A stretch of 64,000 nucleotides of DNA, taken from the NCBI GenBank assembly GCA_964035545.1, contig OZ037765.1, positions 24,241,504-24,305,503 of the forward strand, given 5' to 3'. Source of the stretch: Bugula neritina. Lineage: Eukaryota; Animalia; Bryozoa. Position numbers and translations under genes: made by a program. Positions 41,401 to 53,074 of the stretch are shown here, piece after piece. The notes under the pieces were generated by a model. It was not told the origin of the DNA. It worked only from the letters and a program-made list of their open reading frames with translations, and made no database searches. Every line of letters starts with the position of its first letter. Positions within the stretch are counted from its first letter, which is position 1.

Positions 41401-41927
41401 TGTTTTACATTTTAGCAACACCTATGTAAAATATAAAAAATAAACACCTTCGCATGTAAGCTAATTCTCTTTGTATGCAAAATTCCATGTTATTTAGAGT
41501 TGTGCTTCTTTATATTTTGAGAAAAAACTGGGGTCATAACTCTCAATTGACTCGCGTACATAAAAAGAAAAACATTGTTTCAATTTGTTTACTGTACGAA
41601 TTTTAGTAGTAATATTCCATCTACTTCTTTTCAAAATGTTTATCTACCACATCATGTGTATCTGTAAATGATTATTTTTTTGGTTGATATCATGTCTTGA
41701 TACTAGTATTTAAAACTGATGAATAATACTTATATAACATTGGACTAACACTTTCGAAATAAACATGTCAAACATAATATACTAATAAAACTTTCTAGTT
41801 TTTACAATTTGAGTTACTTACAAGCTATTTGTCGTAGATTCATAACATCTTTTCCAAATAGTTGACAAGTTATATTTTTGGGGTCAAATGTTCTTTGTTC
41901 ACGTTCTTTTTTTATATCAGGATTCAT
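35424..41927 (-). CDS. ACOX1: Peroxisomal acyl-CoA oxidase 1-like, copy A (PTS1 AKL)
   Basis: [88 protein letters not shown] (catalytic Glu), [12 protein letters not shown], ends LKAKL*. Confidence 0.96.
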
Positions 41928-42844
41928 AGTGATTTGATACTTTGAAATAAGAAATACTAAGTATGGTGTCTAAGCCTAGCAGGTAAAGCACAGGCTAAAA
42001 ATAAAAAACAAGACAATAGTAAAAAATTGTTTAACAAAGAGTAGATGAAAGCCGATTGATTGTTACAAATATTTATGATACCTGTATTAAGAATAACCCA
42101 TGGATGGATTCAATTTGATAAAACCTACAACCAATATCATAAAGTCTCAGTTTACAAAACCAATAAGTACGGTAATCAAATACCATTGTACAAAATCTAA
42201 ATCATTATTAATAACTATTGATTGTTAGTCAATACGTTTAACAATAATTAGACCCTTGCTTTAAATTCAAATTGAATTGAGATTTCAACAACAACGTGAA
42301 CTTTGAAATTTTAGACTTACTTTATGTTTAGTGATACTAATACTATTAGTATTAGCTAATCATTTGTAACTATCACTGTGACTACCAGTATCACTATGTG
42401 CTGACTAATTCAAAATAACACCAACAGTATTACTATAAATATAACCGCAGTGAGAATCAGGGTGCTGAACCTAACCAAAGACAATCAGTATGAAAAATAG
42501 TATTAATATTTATATTATGATTATGATAATCAGTATGGAAAATCAGAATAGGATAATTTTATGATTCACTCGTTTAGTCACTTACAATGAGTCTTACAGT
42601 CAAAAATTTAAATTAGCATCATGAAAGTGACCTTAAAAACCATACTGTGTTTTAAACTTAAGGGAACTGTTAATTGATCATAAACACTAAATAAAATAAA
42701 TATTAAATATCAATTAAACTTATAGCTATAAGTATAATTACATTTACTGCTAGCCTATTCAATTTCACGATAATGATAAATTACCTTTTAATTTCTTATT
42801 TGTTGCCAGTTACTGTTAGTTCCTTTCTTATCCAACATAAACAA

Positions 42845-43140
42845 GTAACACTAACAGTAACAGTCAATAAACAGTAACTGTAAGACTAAGTGTAACACTA
42901 ACTGGTAAGTCAAAGTGAAAGTGTAATACTAACAGTATTCAGTAAGACTAAGAGTAAGAGTAAGTGCAACTAACAGTAACAATAACTCACAGTAACTGTA
43001 AGTGTAAGACTAAGTCTAAGTGTAAGACTAAGCGCCAAGAGTAAGAGTAACTGTAAGTGTAAGTGTAAGTGTAACTTCTTTACCTTAGCCAAGCCTTAGG
43101 GCTTAGCCGCTTAGGCCTTAAGCGTTAACTTAAGGCTTCG
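42845..43140. repeat. Degenerate hexamer array (TAA[C/G]N[C/G]) ending in TTAG-rich palindromic units
   Basis: taacagtaactgtaagtgtaagactaagtctaagtgtaagactaagcg...; GCCTTAAG-6nt-CTTAAGGC at 43115-43136. Confidence 0.8.
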
Positions 43141-43489
43141 CGTATCTAAATAAATGACTAACTCACTGGCTACTATTCGAATGGGTATGTTAATGTTTGT
43201 TATTGAAAATAGAAGTAAAACATACAAACTGTGTTTTGAGTTAACAGCTTCTGTTTGAATTAATTGAAGTACATAAACTTGACGAAACAATGTCTTAAAA
43301 CGAACTGAAACTATATTAACTATAACTTGAAGAAAGTAATCATGTGAATTGCTATTAGAGTCTGGATTTCGTATATAATAAACTAAAAATTATTTTCCCA
43401 TAGATATCATAAATATATTTGAAACCGGCTGTCACAAACAAAGAACCCAAGCTATTAATACACGCCCTTTTTAGTTGAGATTGCGATAA

Positions 43490-43530
43490 TGACCTTTGCT
43501 ACTTGTGGTTTCAGTTTTCGCATGCGAAAA
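43490..43530. promoter_or_regulatory. Candidate shared ACOX promoter elements: HNF4/DR1-like site and 16-bp palindrome
   Basis: TGACCTTTG at 43490-43498 and TTTTCGCATGCGAAAA at 43515-43530, lying between the two periodic tracts. Confidence 0.4.
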
Positions 43531-43759
43531 TACGCACAGTGTGGCCCTAGGCTTTCAAGCAATTTTCTAATAGTAAATGTAATACTAATAGCTCAACTTT
43601 TTGCATATTCATATCGACACTACCCATTTCTTATCAAAATCTGAGCACTGCTTTATCAAAAGCAACTTTTCACAACTATGAGCATAACATATATTTATAT
43701 TATGAATGATATCTTATTCAGTTTTGAATAATAGAATGTCTTCTGAGTTTTGCATATTC

Positions 43760-44230
43760 TCTTATAGTTATACAGTATAACTTTAACTTATAGTCTTAAC
43801 TATAAGTATAACTCTGACTCTTTCACTTTGAAGGATGAAATCAAATAGTCTTACAGTTACTGTTACACTTCAAGTTAGTCTTAGGGTCTCGAGTGCGCAT
43901 AAAGTTAAACTTAGTTGAACTTAAACTTTCACTTTGAGTCAATCATACTCATACTGATATAGTGATAATGACAATCACTATCACTATTGATTACTGAATA
44001 CTGCCGCAATAGCAATCACCGTCATTCTGATTCACATTGTGATAATCAAGACATTTTTATATCAAGCCCCGACTACTCACTGAGTCACTGTGTCTAGTGA
44101 TCTACTAGTACTGGTAGTACTAGTACTACTATTAGTAGTAGTACTACTGCTGTACTAGTACTGCTACTAGACCGAGTGCTTATGGTTATTTAAGCTTTAC
44201 TAGATCTAGTAGTACTATTGTTCACTCACT
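43760..44230. repeat. Degenerate 6-bp/3-bp periodic tract (CAGTTA/CACTTT grading into TACTAG/AGT)
   Basis: gtcttacagttactgttacacttcaagttagtc... tactagtactggtagtactagtactactattagtagtagtactac. Confidence 0.7.
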
Positions 44231-44294
44231 AACTCCGAGTCTAATGCAATGGTCTTATAATATTTTCTCATATCAATATTTTATTTGACAATTA

Positions 44295-44361
44295 CTTTTG
44301 CTACATTTTTAATCTAGAATACAGGCTTTTCTCGATTTCTCCATTACTGCACCTACCTCTA
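44295..44361 (-). repeat. Dispersed repeat copy
   Basis: rc agaggtaggtgcagtaatggagaaatcgagaaaagcctgtattctagattaaaaatgtagcaaaag. Confidence 0.75.
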
Positions 44362-45938
44362 AAACTGTAGTGTTGAGCACTACAGAAACCAGGGGTATTA
44401 ATTTTGCTCATTTAATTTTGCAAACTGAATTGATTAATTGTTGAATTAGTGAAACTATAGCCACAGATTCAAGTTTATTGATAGAGCTAATATAACTAGG
44501 TTTATGTTAACATGAATGGTTATTGGGTATTGGCGATGTTCTCTTCCTAATTATTCTGTTTTTTCTTCATCTTGGAAACTTTAACTAATACTAATACTAA
44601 TAAATTTATATTCAAACATGCAGACACTGTAATCATTCATTAATCAAATATTAAAACTAATAAATCTTTCAAGTGTTTTTTGGAATAAGATTATGCCGAA
44701 ATCATTATAGTTTAAACCTTGCAAACTTCAATTTACCAGCTCACTGAAATGGCACACGGGTGTTCTAATCTTTACAATAACTATGTATAAAAAGAGTATA
44801 GATGAAAGCATTCCTTCTCATTATTCTGTTTACCATAAAACTCCAGTACAATTTGTTTAAAATTCATATATTCATTCATTACTAATAAGTTAAGTAAAGA
44901 GTTCCTGTGTGTCATATGCTGCACCAGCTTGATGCATCACGCCATTCATGCAACATTTAATATAAGCATAAAAAATGCTTGGGTTTACTCAAATACATTG
45001 TTTATGCATTTTCTAAACTCTCAGGGGAATAACCCAGAAATCAAAAAACCAATTGCATTGTTCTCAACTAAATGAAAATATGTGCTAGTTAATATATTTT
45101 AATTTAATGTAGTGCCATTACCTCTATAACTGTGTCCTCATCACTCACAAGGGATCAAAAACTGAAACTACTTTATTGCATTGCTATGTTTAATTAATGT
45201 TTTATATATGAGGTATTTGTTGTGCTGTATGTAGAGCAAACAATTGCAATGTTTTTCAACGTTTAAAAAAAGAAATTTGTTTGTTTTTATTGTTCATTGT
45301 ATAGCAGGTATATTGTTCCCTATGTCAATTTTGTTAATCAATCAGTTTTTGGGCTGCAGTATGTGGTATATGATCAAACTGGCAGTTGGCTCTAGCACTG
45401 CTTAGTCGAATTAAACTAACTTAACTGGGGTTGAGGAATTTTGAGTGTTCAAAATGTTTCTAGAAAAAGCACATTTGCTTTATTTCATTATAATTTATTC
45501 TGTGTTTAGTAGCTATTTAAATCATAACTTGATAATTACCTAAGTTTTAGAATTATCGGCCTCTTCTGCTGAAATCTTATTGCTGAGGCTAATTTTCATG
45601 CATTATTTGATTTTTTTTCTACTTGAAATTTTTTATGAAAGTTTGCTATATTTGAGAATTGAGTGCCATGAAGGTATAGTTGCTTTAGTCTACAGTCCTA
45701 ACTTGGTCAGTTGAAAAACAATTCTTTATTAGCTTATAGCTCAATGCATCTTAAATTATTAGACTTACAGCAAATATGAAGTTCTATGTAGACAGTGACA
45801 CTGATGTGCAGAGAGATTGTGTTCTTGAACATTATACAACTAATTAAACTAATCAAGTTGCTACAATGTGTTTTTTGTAATACATCTTTAATGGTTGCAG
45901 TGTCCAATTTTTGCTTTTAGTGTAGTTCGTGCCTAACA

Positions 45939-48900
45939 ATGTCTTCAGTAAATCCTGATCTGGCCAAAGAGCGAGAAAATGCAACCTTCAACCCTGAAGA
46001 TCTTTCAATAATATTGTATGGGAAGGAAGTTTTAGAACTGCGCAGAAAAATATGTAAGTGTTGATGCTGTTTACATGGAGAAGGAAAATTTTAAATAATA
46101 TATTTGTTTCATTGATCAGCTGTATTTTTGATAGAGTTCTAAATGAAATATAAACCAGTTTTTCACGACTAATTACACAGTCTTTATTATTTCAGTGTTG
46201 TACTTGCTTTAGAATCGCACTTTAGAGGCAAGTAGTGTAATAATGCTTACTTTGTAATAGCTGCTAAAATCTGAAATATTCATAATTTTTATGCACAAGT
46301 TTGCTAGAACATGCTTACTTAATACTTTTTAGTTCTGTGGGAGTTTTAACGTTTCCAGAATTTTAAAATTTTCAAGAATAACTGAGACTAATTTTTTGTT
46401 AATTATTACAGTTAAAGAGATTTCTGAAGACCCAAACTTTGCAAAAGCCAAGATGTTTCCTACAATGTCACGAGATGAAGTTTATGAAGAAGCTGTTCGA
46501 ATATTTGGAGCTCTACAAAGGAAGATGAAGCAACATGGATATGTAAAGGGTTGCTTTGACACTCATGAACTTCAGCATTACTATTACAAAAAGTGAGTAT
46601 CCGGTTCATGTGGTATATTATCCTTGGAGCTGTACAAAGCTATATTTTGTTTTATTCTATACATTTCTGACTTGGTTGCCATGTTTTTTCCTTCAGCATA
46701 ATTGAAATATTTTCCATTCTCTGTAGTTGAAATGCAGGTAGTGATGGTAGTAGTAGCTGCAGTAGTAATAGTGGCACTAGTAACCAGTAATATCAAGTTA
46801 CGTACTGAACTATGATTTTTGGAGTTATCTTAACACTCTGTTGGCTGAAAATCTTCATTTAATGGTTATGACATTTACCAAATATAGGTTAGTCATTTCA
46901 AAATATTGTCAAGCCATGTCTCTAACGTTATAATTAGTAAAACTCTCTATTTCTGACAGTCAATTATTATTTGTAGTGCTGCATTTATTGGTACAAATCC
47001 ACTTTCCGTTCATACTGATATGTATGCGCCTACTATAAAAGGACAAGGTACAGATGAGCAAATTGCTGAGTTTCTTCCAAAGGCAGAGACTTATCAACAT
47101 ATTGGCACTTATGCACAAACAGAATTAGGACACGGTGAGTTGTGGTCACATTACATCCTTATATACGATAATATAGCATCACATTGTGCTTCATTGTAGG
47201 TATCATATTTTATCATGTTGAATTGTGATGTACTATTTTATTGTGTTGTATCATGTTCTGCTGTGATGTATCATAGTAATACATTGTGTTGTATCATATA
47301 TTATTGTAATGTACTATATTATTGTATCATGTTGTATTGTGATGTATTGCAGCTGTCAAGTAGTGATATTTTATTTTCTTAGGAACTTTCATTAGAGGCT
47401 TGGAGACTACTGCAACTTATGACAAAAACACCGAAGAATTTGTGATTCACAGTCCCACTATAACCTCTATTAAGTACTGGCCTGGTGGTTGTATGTTGAC
47501 TTTTAAATTATAATGTATTATGAAATTCTCTTCTAATTACTGTATATACATATAATCTTTAGACAAGATCATAATTGTTCTTTAATAGCTTTCAAATGAT
47601 ATTAAAACAATCAATTTATGAAATACGATTGGTTGAGCAATTCTTTGTCATCGTGAAATTTTAATCAAATATGGATAAAGCTCTGCTTTGTTGTGGAGTT
47701 TGAAAATAGGCTGATGCATGTGCTAATACCAACTAGACAAATCTGCCATTGAATAATCTCACGTGCAATATTCATTACTTATAGTGGGTAAAAGTAGTAA
47801 CTATGCTGTTGTGATGGCTCAACTCATTATTGATGAGAAAAACTACGGTCTTCATCCGTTTATGTGTCAACTTCGAGACCTGAAGACTCACCAACCTTTA
47901 GCAGGTAGGGGGACATAACTTCCTGGTGAGAGTTTCTATCTGATGATTTACAATGTAGTTTTTTGTCAAATAGCAAGTCTAGGTAATAAAGAAATTTATG
48001 TAACCTGCACTAACCATTTGATTTAAATTTCATAAAGGCTATTTAAATCTACTTCAGAAGCTCTCAAGTCATATTAAGACAAGATATTTTTAGCTTGGCA
48101 GCAGAGAAGTTGTGCCACAAAGTCAGCAAGCATAGTTTCCAAAACAGATGGCGGTTTTAATTAACCAAAGCAATTTCACGTAATTATGTTGCTTTAATAC
48201 AGATACTTAAAACTATTAAATTTTTCCGAAGAAACAACCAAGTCTCATACTGAATAACATTGGTAAATATCCTTGACACTTGAGGAGAACCTACTTAGCC
48301 AGGCACCTACTTTAGATTAGATGCTGATTACATAGCTATGGCCACAGCTTTATCTCTGTTATCATTTTCAACTCCTCGTTTGATAGTCATAACTTACTTC
48401 GTGTACTCAGTGTAACCGTGAATTAAGTTTAGTTATATCAACTGCATGCTTTTTTGTGTTTTCCTTCATTTACTGCTTTTTGGTGAAAGCATCGATGTGG
48501 CTAAATTTACCCAAAAGTCAAACTATAGTTTAATTGTTTTTTTATATAAATTATCAAGAGCTTTAGTGCTGCTCAACTATGTGTTCCTCTGAAACAATTA
48601 GAAAAGGGCTACTCAGCACAAGTTTGGGCTTCTTAAAAGGTTTTTAAATTATAACAAATACTTAACAGCAAGCATTGATTATGCATATTTAAATTAATAT
48701 GACAAATAAAGATTAGATGGGAAAGCAGTTAAGCTGTACTGGAAGAATAAAAGATGAAATTTGGACAACATTCGAGTGTAGTTTTATTGAGTTATGTTAT
48801 CGAAACTAAATCTCAGTCGAAAGTTAACTTTTAGAAATAACATTTACAAATTTGTCTGGTTTTATCATACAGGGATAGAGCTCGGAGATATTAATCGTAA

Positions 48901-51900
48901 GTTTGGCTATGAAGTTGTGGACAATGGATATCTCAGGTTTTTCCATTATAGAATACCAAGGACAAACATGTTAATGAGGAATGCAAAAGTAAATATTAAA
49001 CAAGTTCTGGATTTCTCTCAATTTTATACAAAAGTCTATCTTTTTAAATGCTGATGACTAAGTGCAGTGCGCCAGTAGTTATATTTTTATGTGTCAGCTG
49101 CAGTATATACTAATGTACATTGCCTTTGTCCTACACATATCATTTGTGAAGTACACCTTGTTTTTAAAAATGAACTGGCCATACACACTGTAGGCATGAT
49201 ATTCACTATATTATAACTATAACTATGTACACACACTTGTTGAAATATGTTGACATTTTGCTTTAATTTAGTATTCTAAAAAGATGTCTGTACTTAACAG
49301 GTTTCTAAAGATGGCGAATTTTCTAGGCAAGCTATTCCCCAGGTGACTTATCTCACAATGAGTTATGTAAGAATGGGAATCGTACAGGAAGTGGCTACAT
49401 TGCTAGCACAAGCTGCCACCATAGCTACAAGATACAGCGCTGTCAGGAGACAAACTGCCAACTCTCAAGGGTGAGTGTACTGCCACTTTACATTCTTGCA
49501 AACATTAATTGTGCATAATTTATACTTTGAATATATCTAACCTTATTTTTGATCTAAGCTAAATTTTGAGAATTGGTGTCTCTTTTTTTATTTCCAAATA
49601 GTTTTTTACCGTCATTGCTGATTATTTCCTCATATATTTCGAATTTCCTGCATAGTATTGAGCCTCAGATATTGGAGTATCAAACACAGCAAATGAAAGT
49701 AATTCCTGCCATATGTACTGCTTACGCCTTCTTCTTCAACGGCTTTGAAGTAAGAAAGATCTATGATAGTGTCATGGCTGCTGTGGAGAGAGGCGATGTG
49801 TCCAGACTACCTGAGGTTACTGGTTTCAATATAATTTGAATAAATTCATCTGTAAATAATAAAAATTATTTCACACTGTGTTCAAAATTATATGTTTTGC
49901 ATATTTATTATAGTACGCGCTGTATTAGCGTGCTTTTGCTTGGAGCGAGGTTTTTAGCTGATGAAAAATATATTTGTTATGTGAGAAGGTCCACGAACAA
50001 TTTTATTTTTTTGTACCTATGAATTTTATTGAAAGAGGTTACATCTTTTTCACCCTAAAACTAAACTTTTTGTTGAGGTCAAGTCTTTGGTGTTTTGCTT
50101 TTGCTTTCATTAACAAACTCACAATTTTTTTGGCTGCAGTCTCATATCTGAAATCTCACCATTTGTAGCTTATTAAAGACTTGTTACACGTTCACCTAGT
50201 TACTATAATGTTATTTTAAAGAAAGTTAGTCTGACTCTTTGAGTTATTGAAGTCTTATGCTTGTATTTCGCTATCAGATGCACAGCTTGACAAGTGGTTT
50301 AAAAGCCTATTGCTCTGATGTCTCGTGTGACCTTGTCGAGATATGCAGACGTTCCTGTGGAGGTCATGGCTACAGCAACGCTAGCGGAATTACCCGTATC
50401 TACCAGCTGCTTGTACCGTGTTGTACATTTGAAGGGGAAAACACTGTTTTGTATCTGCAATGCGCCAGGTTACTGTAGTTTTTGTCTCTTGTATAGAAAG
50501 TAATGTACTTTTTTCATATAGCTAATCAGTTATTCTTTTCAATTTTCATTATTAAAATATAATTTTGTATTATGTGGAGATTCGATTTAACTTTTGCAAG
50601 TTTTTAAATATTTTAATAACAGTTTTATGTTGTTTCAGGTCGTTGATGAAATTCCTGGGAAAAGCTCAGAAAGGAGAAGAGCTGCCATCATCTCTGCAGT
50701 TCTTGGGTCACTTGCCAGATGTGCCACCTGAATTGATGTCAGCTGTCAAGTTTGACATGAGTACTCTCATGATAGCTTTTCAGCTGAATGCTCTGCGGTA
50801 AGGTTTGTGTATTAAGTTCTGGTTTAGCAATGAGAAATGCCCTTCCCTCCTATGTTTTCATTGTATAAAGTATTGTTATAAAAAAGCTATAGTTCCTAAA
50901 AGTGTCTAAATGGCTTATTGTTTTTGCATTTATTTCAAAAACCACATTCTTTTACTCAGCACTAATAGGATTGAATAGAAGTTGTTTTCTCTGTAGCAGG
51001 GTTTCAGTTTAATAGTAAAAATATATTAGTATAAATTAAAATTTACTTTACCTACAATTATAGTAGTTATATTGATAATGCATAATTTGCTATGTCCCCT
51101 TTTTATTTTTTATCAACAAATTTCAGATTGAGGAGGTTTGAATAATTAGAAATAAAACTCAAGCCATTATTTAATTTAGTAGAATTATTGAGAGCTTTTT
51201 ACACTTGAAATAGGAAAAATTGTTACTGGCTGGTGATGATGTTAATGTAAAGTTAGACCTGCCATTTATTTGGTAAAAATACTCATCTGAATAGTTGATA
51301 AATTGTAAAAAAGTTTGCTGCTCAATAGCTTTAAAAAGACATAATTTATGTGTAATTTTATATTGAAGAATTTGCAAAGTTTTAAATTTGAAATTGAATC
51401 AAACATGACACTTACTCTTCTACACTTCTAACCCGTGAATTGTAAATAATTGGCAATGAACACTATCACTGTGAATAAACATGTGATCATCACATATCAG
51501 GTTCTTTTTGTAAATTATCATATTATTTTGTTATTAGAATCAGCTTAACTTGTAATTTAATTTTTTTATAAACAAAATGAAGCTATGAAATTGCAGTTTG
51601 AAATAAACCTCTACTTGAATTAATTTGATGTATCAATTCTAAAGTACTTGTATAATGCAATGTCAGAAGAATATTCTATTCTGTATGTTGAATTGGTTGT
51701 AGCTCTGTGTTGCACGTGGCTTCCGAACTTCAAGCAGCCCAGCAGAAAGTTAACTATGAGACAGCATGGAATAACAACCTTCAAGGCTTAGTTGAAGCTG
51801 CCAAGGTTTGTGTTTGGCTTAGACATCTGATCAGTTAGTCTTATTTAACATGAAATAGCCAGTGCATGTGAATGAATTATGGTTGTAGATGTACTCTGTG

Positions 51901-53074
51901 TATCTGGTGGCCAAGTTCTTTGTTAGTGCCCTGAGTTCTAGTCAGTGGGAGTCTGGGGCTAAAGCTGTGCTCACTCAAGTCTGTGAATTCTATCTGGTGA
52001 ATAACATACTCGATCATTCCGGCACCTTCTTGCAGGTAGAGTACTGGTTTCAACTATTGGAAATACTTGTATGCTTATATATAATGTTCATTTATAAGCA
52101 GAACTAGTGTCTAACACTTAATTGCATTTTTTATAATGGTATTTTAGTTTAAGTATGTGTAAACTCAAACTCAAGTGAACATACTGTCGTGATGATGATA
52201 TATCACAACACAGTATTTCCATTTGAGTATGCTTCAATTGTGTAAATGAGATTTATCTTATCCTTAACTTGATGTTCGAATTTTAATCATTTTTGTATAG
52301 CAATTAGCACTGTCTGAACTAGCCATCATTTATAAAACAGTTTCCTGTTGCAGAATGATGTGCTGAATCCTAGTCAAGTAAGTTTGCTGAGAGCCCGAAG
52401 AATAGAGCTGTTGGCAGAACTGAGACCGAATGCTGTAGCACTGGTTGATGCATTTGATTATCCGGATCGTCTGCTGAATAGTTGTCTGGGAAGATATGAT
52501 GGGAATGTATATGAAGCTCTGTACGAGTATGCAAAGAGCTCTTCACTCAATCAACATCAGGTATAGTAAATATCTTATAGTATAATTATGTAGAGGTTTT
52601 ATATTCAGTAATAGTAACTAGATGAAGTAGTATGTACTATCTACACTCAATCAAGACCAGGTATAGTTACTATCATACTATGCTGTGTCAAATATTTTTA
52701 CATATTCTGATCAGCAACGACTAACCGATCTATTTACCATTTTATTAAAATTTAAAGCTTTTTAAACTGTAGAGTTTGGTAAGGCATAAGGATAGCACTG
52801 GTTTTTAAATCTCTAACTCTTTTTTAAACAGTACCATTAAATCCATATGCTTGGAAAACAACAACTCAGATAGCTACTGTTGCTGTTTATTTTGTGTTGT
52901 TGGCTGATAATGCTACCTATTCTAGATAATAAATAGTAAAGTTGCAAAGCTGAAATACATGCTATTATAGAATACATTATGCTATTGTGTAAATTATCTC
53001 TTACATTTCAGGTGCACCCATCATTCCATAAGTATGTTAAGCCGATGAGAGAAACACTCAAGTCTCAACTCTAA
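45939..53074 (+). CDS. ACOX1: Peroxisomal acyl-CoA oxidase 1-like, copy B (C-terminal SQL)
   Basis: [84 protein letters not shown], ends LKSQL*. Same exon structure as copy A. Confidence 0.96.
47180..47345. repeat. Degenerate 5-bp periodic (ATTGT/GTATC) tract in an ACOX-B intron
   Basis: attgtgatgtactattttattgtgttgtatcatgttctg...attgtgttgtatcatatattattgtaatgtactat. Confidence 0.65.

Noticed and set aside
43083-43140. Interstitial telomeric repeat (TTAGGG/TTAGGC-like)
   Set aside because: Only isolated units within a degenerate hexamer tract, with no tandem telomeric run.
46725-46795. Thr-rich ORF on the minus strand
   Set aside because: Intronic (GTA)n-like trinucleotide repeat.
35424-53074. 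ACOX duplicates as an uncollapsed haplotype artefact or a pseudogene
   Set aside because: Protein and intron divergence is far too high for alleles, and I saw no stops or frameshifts in the exons read.
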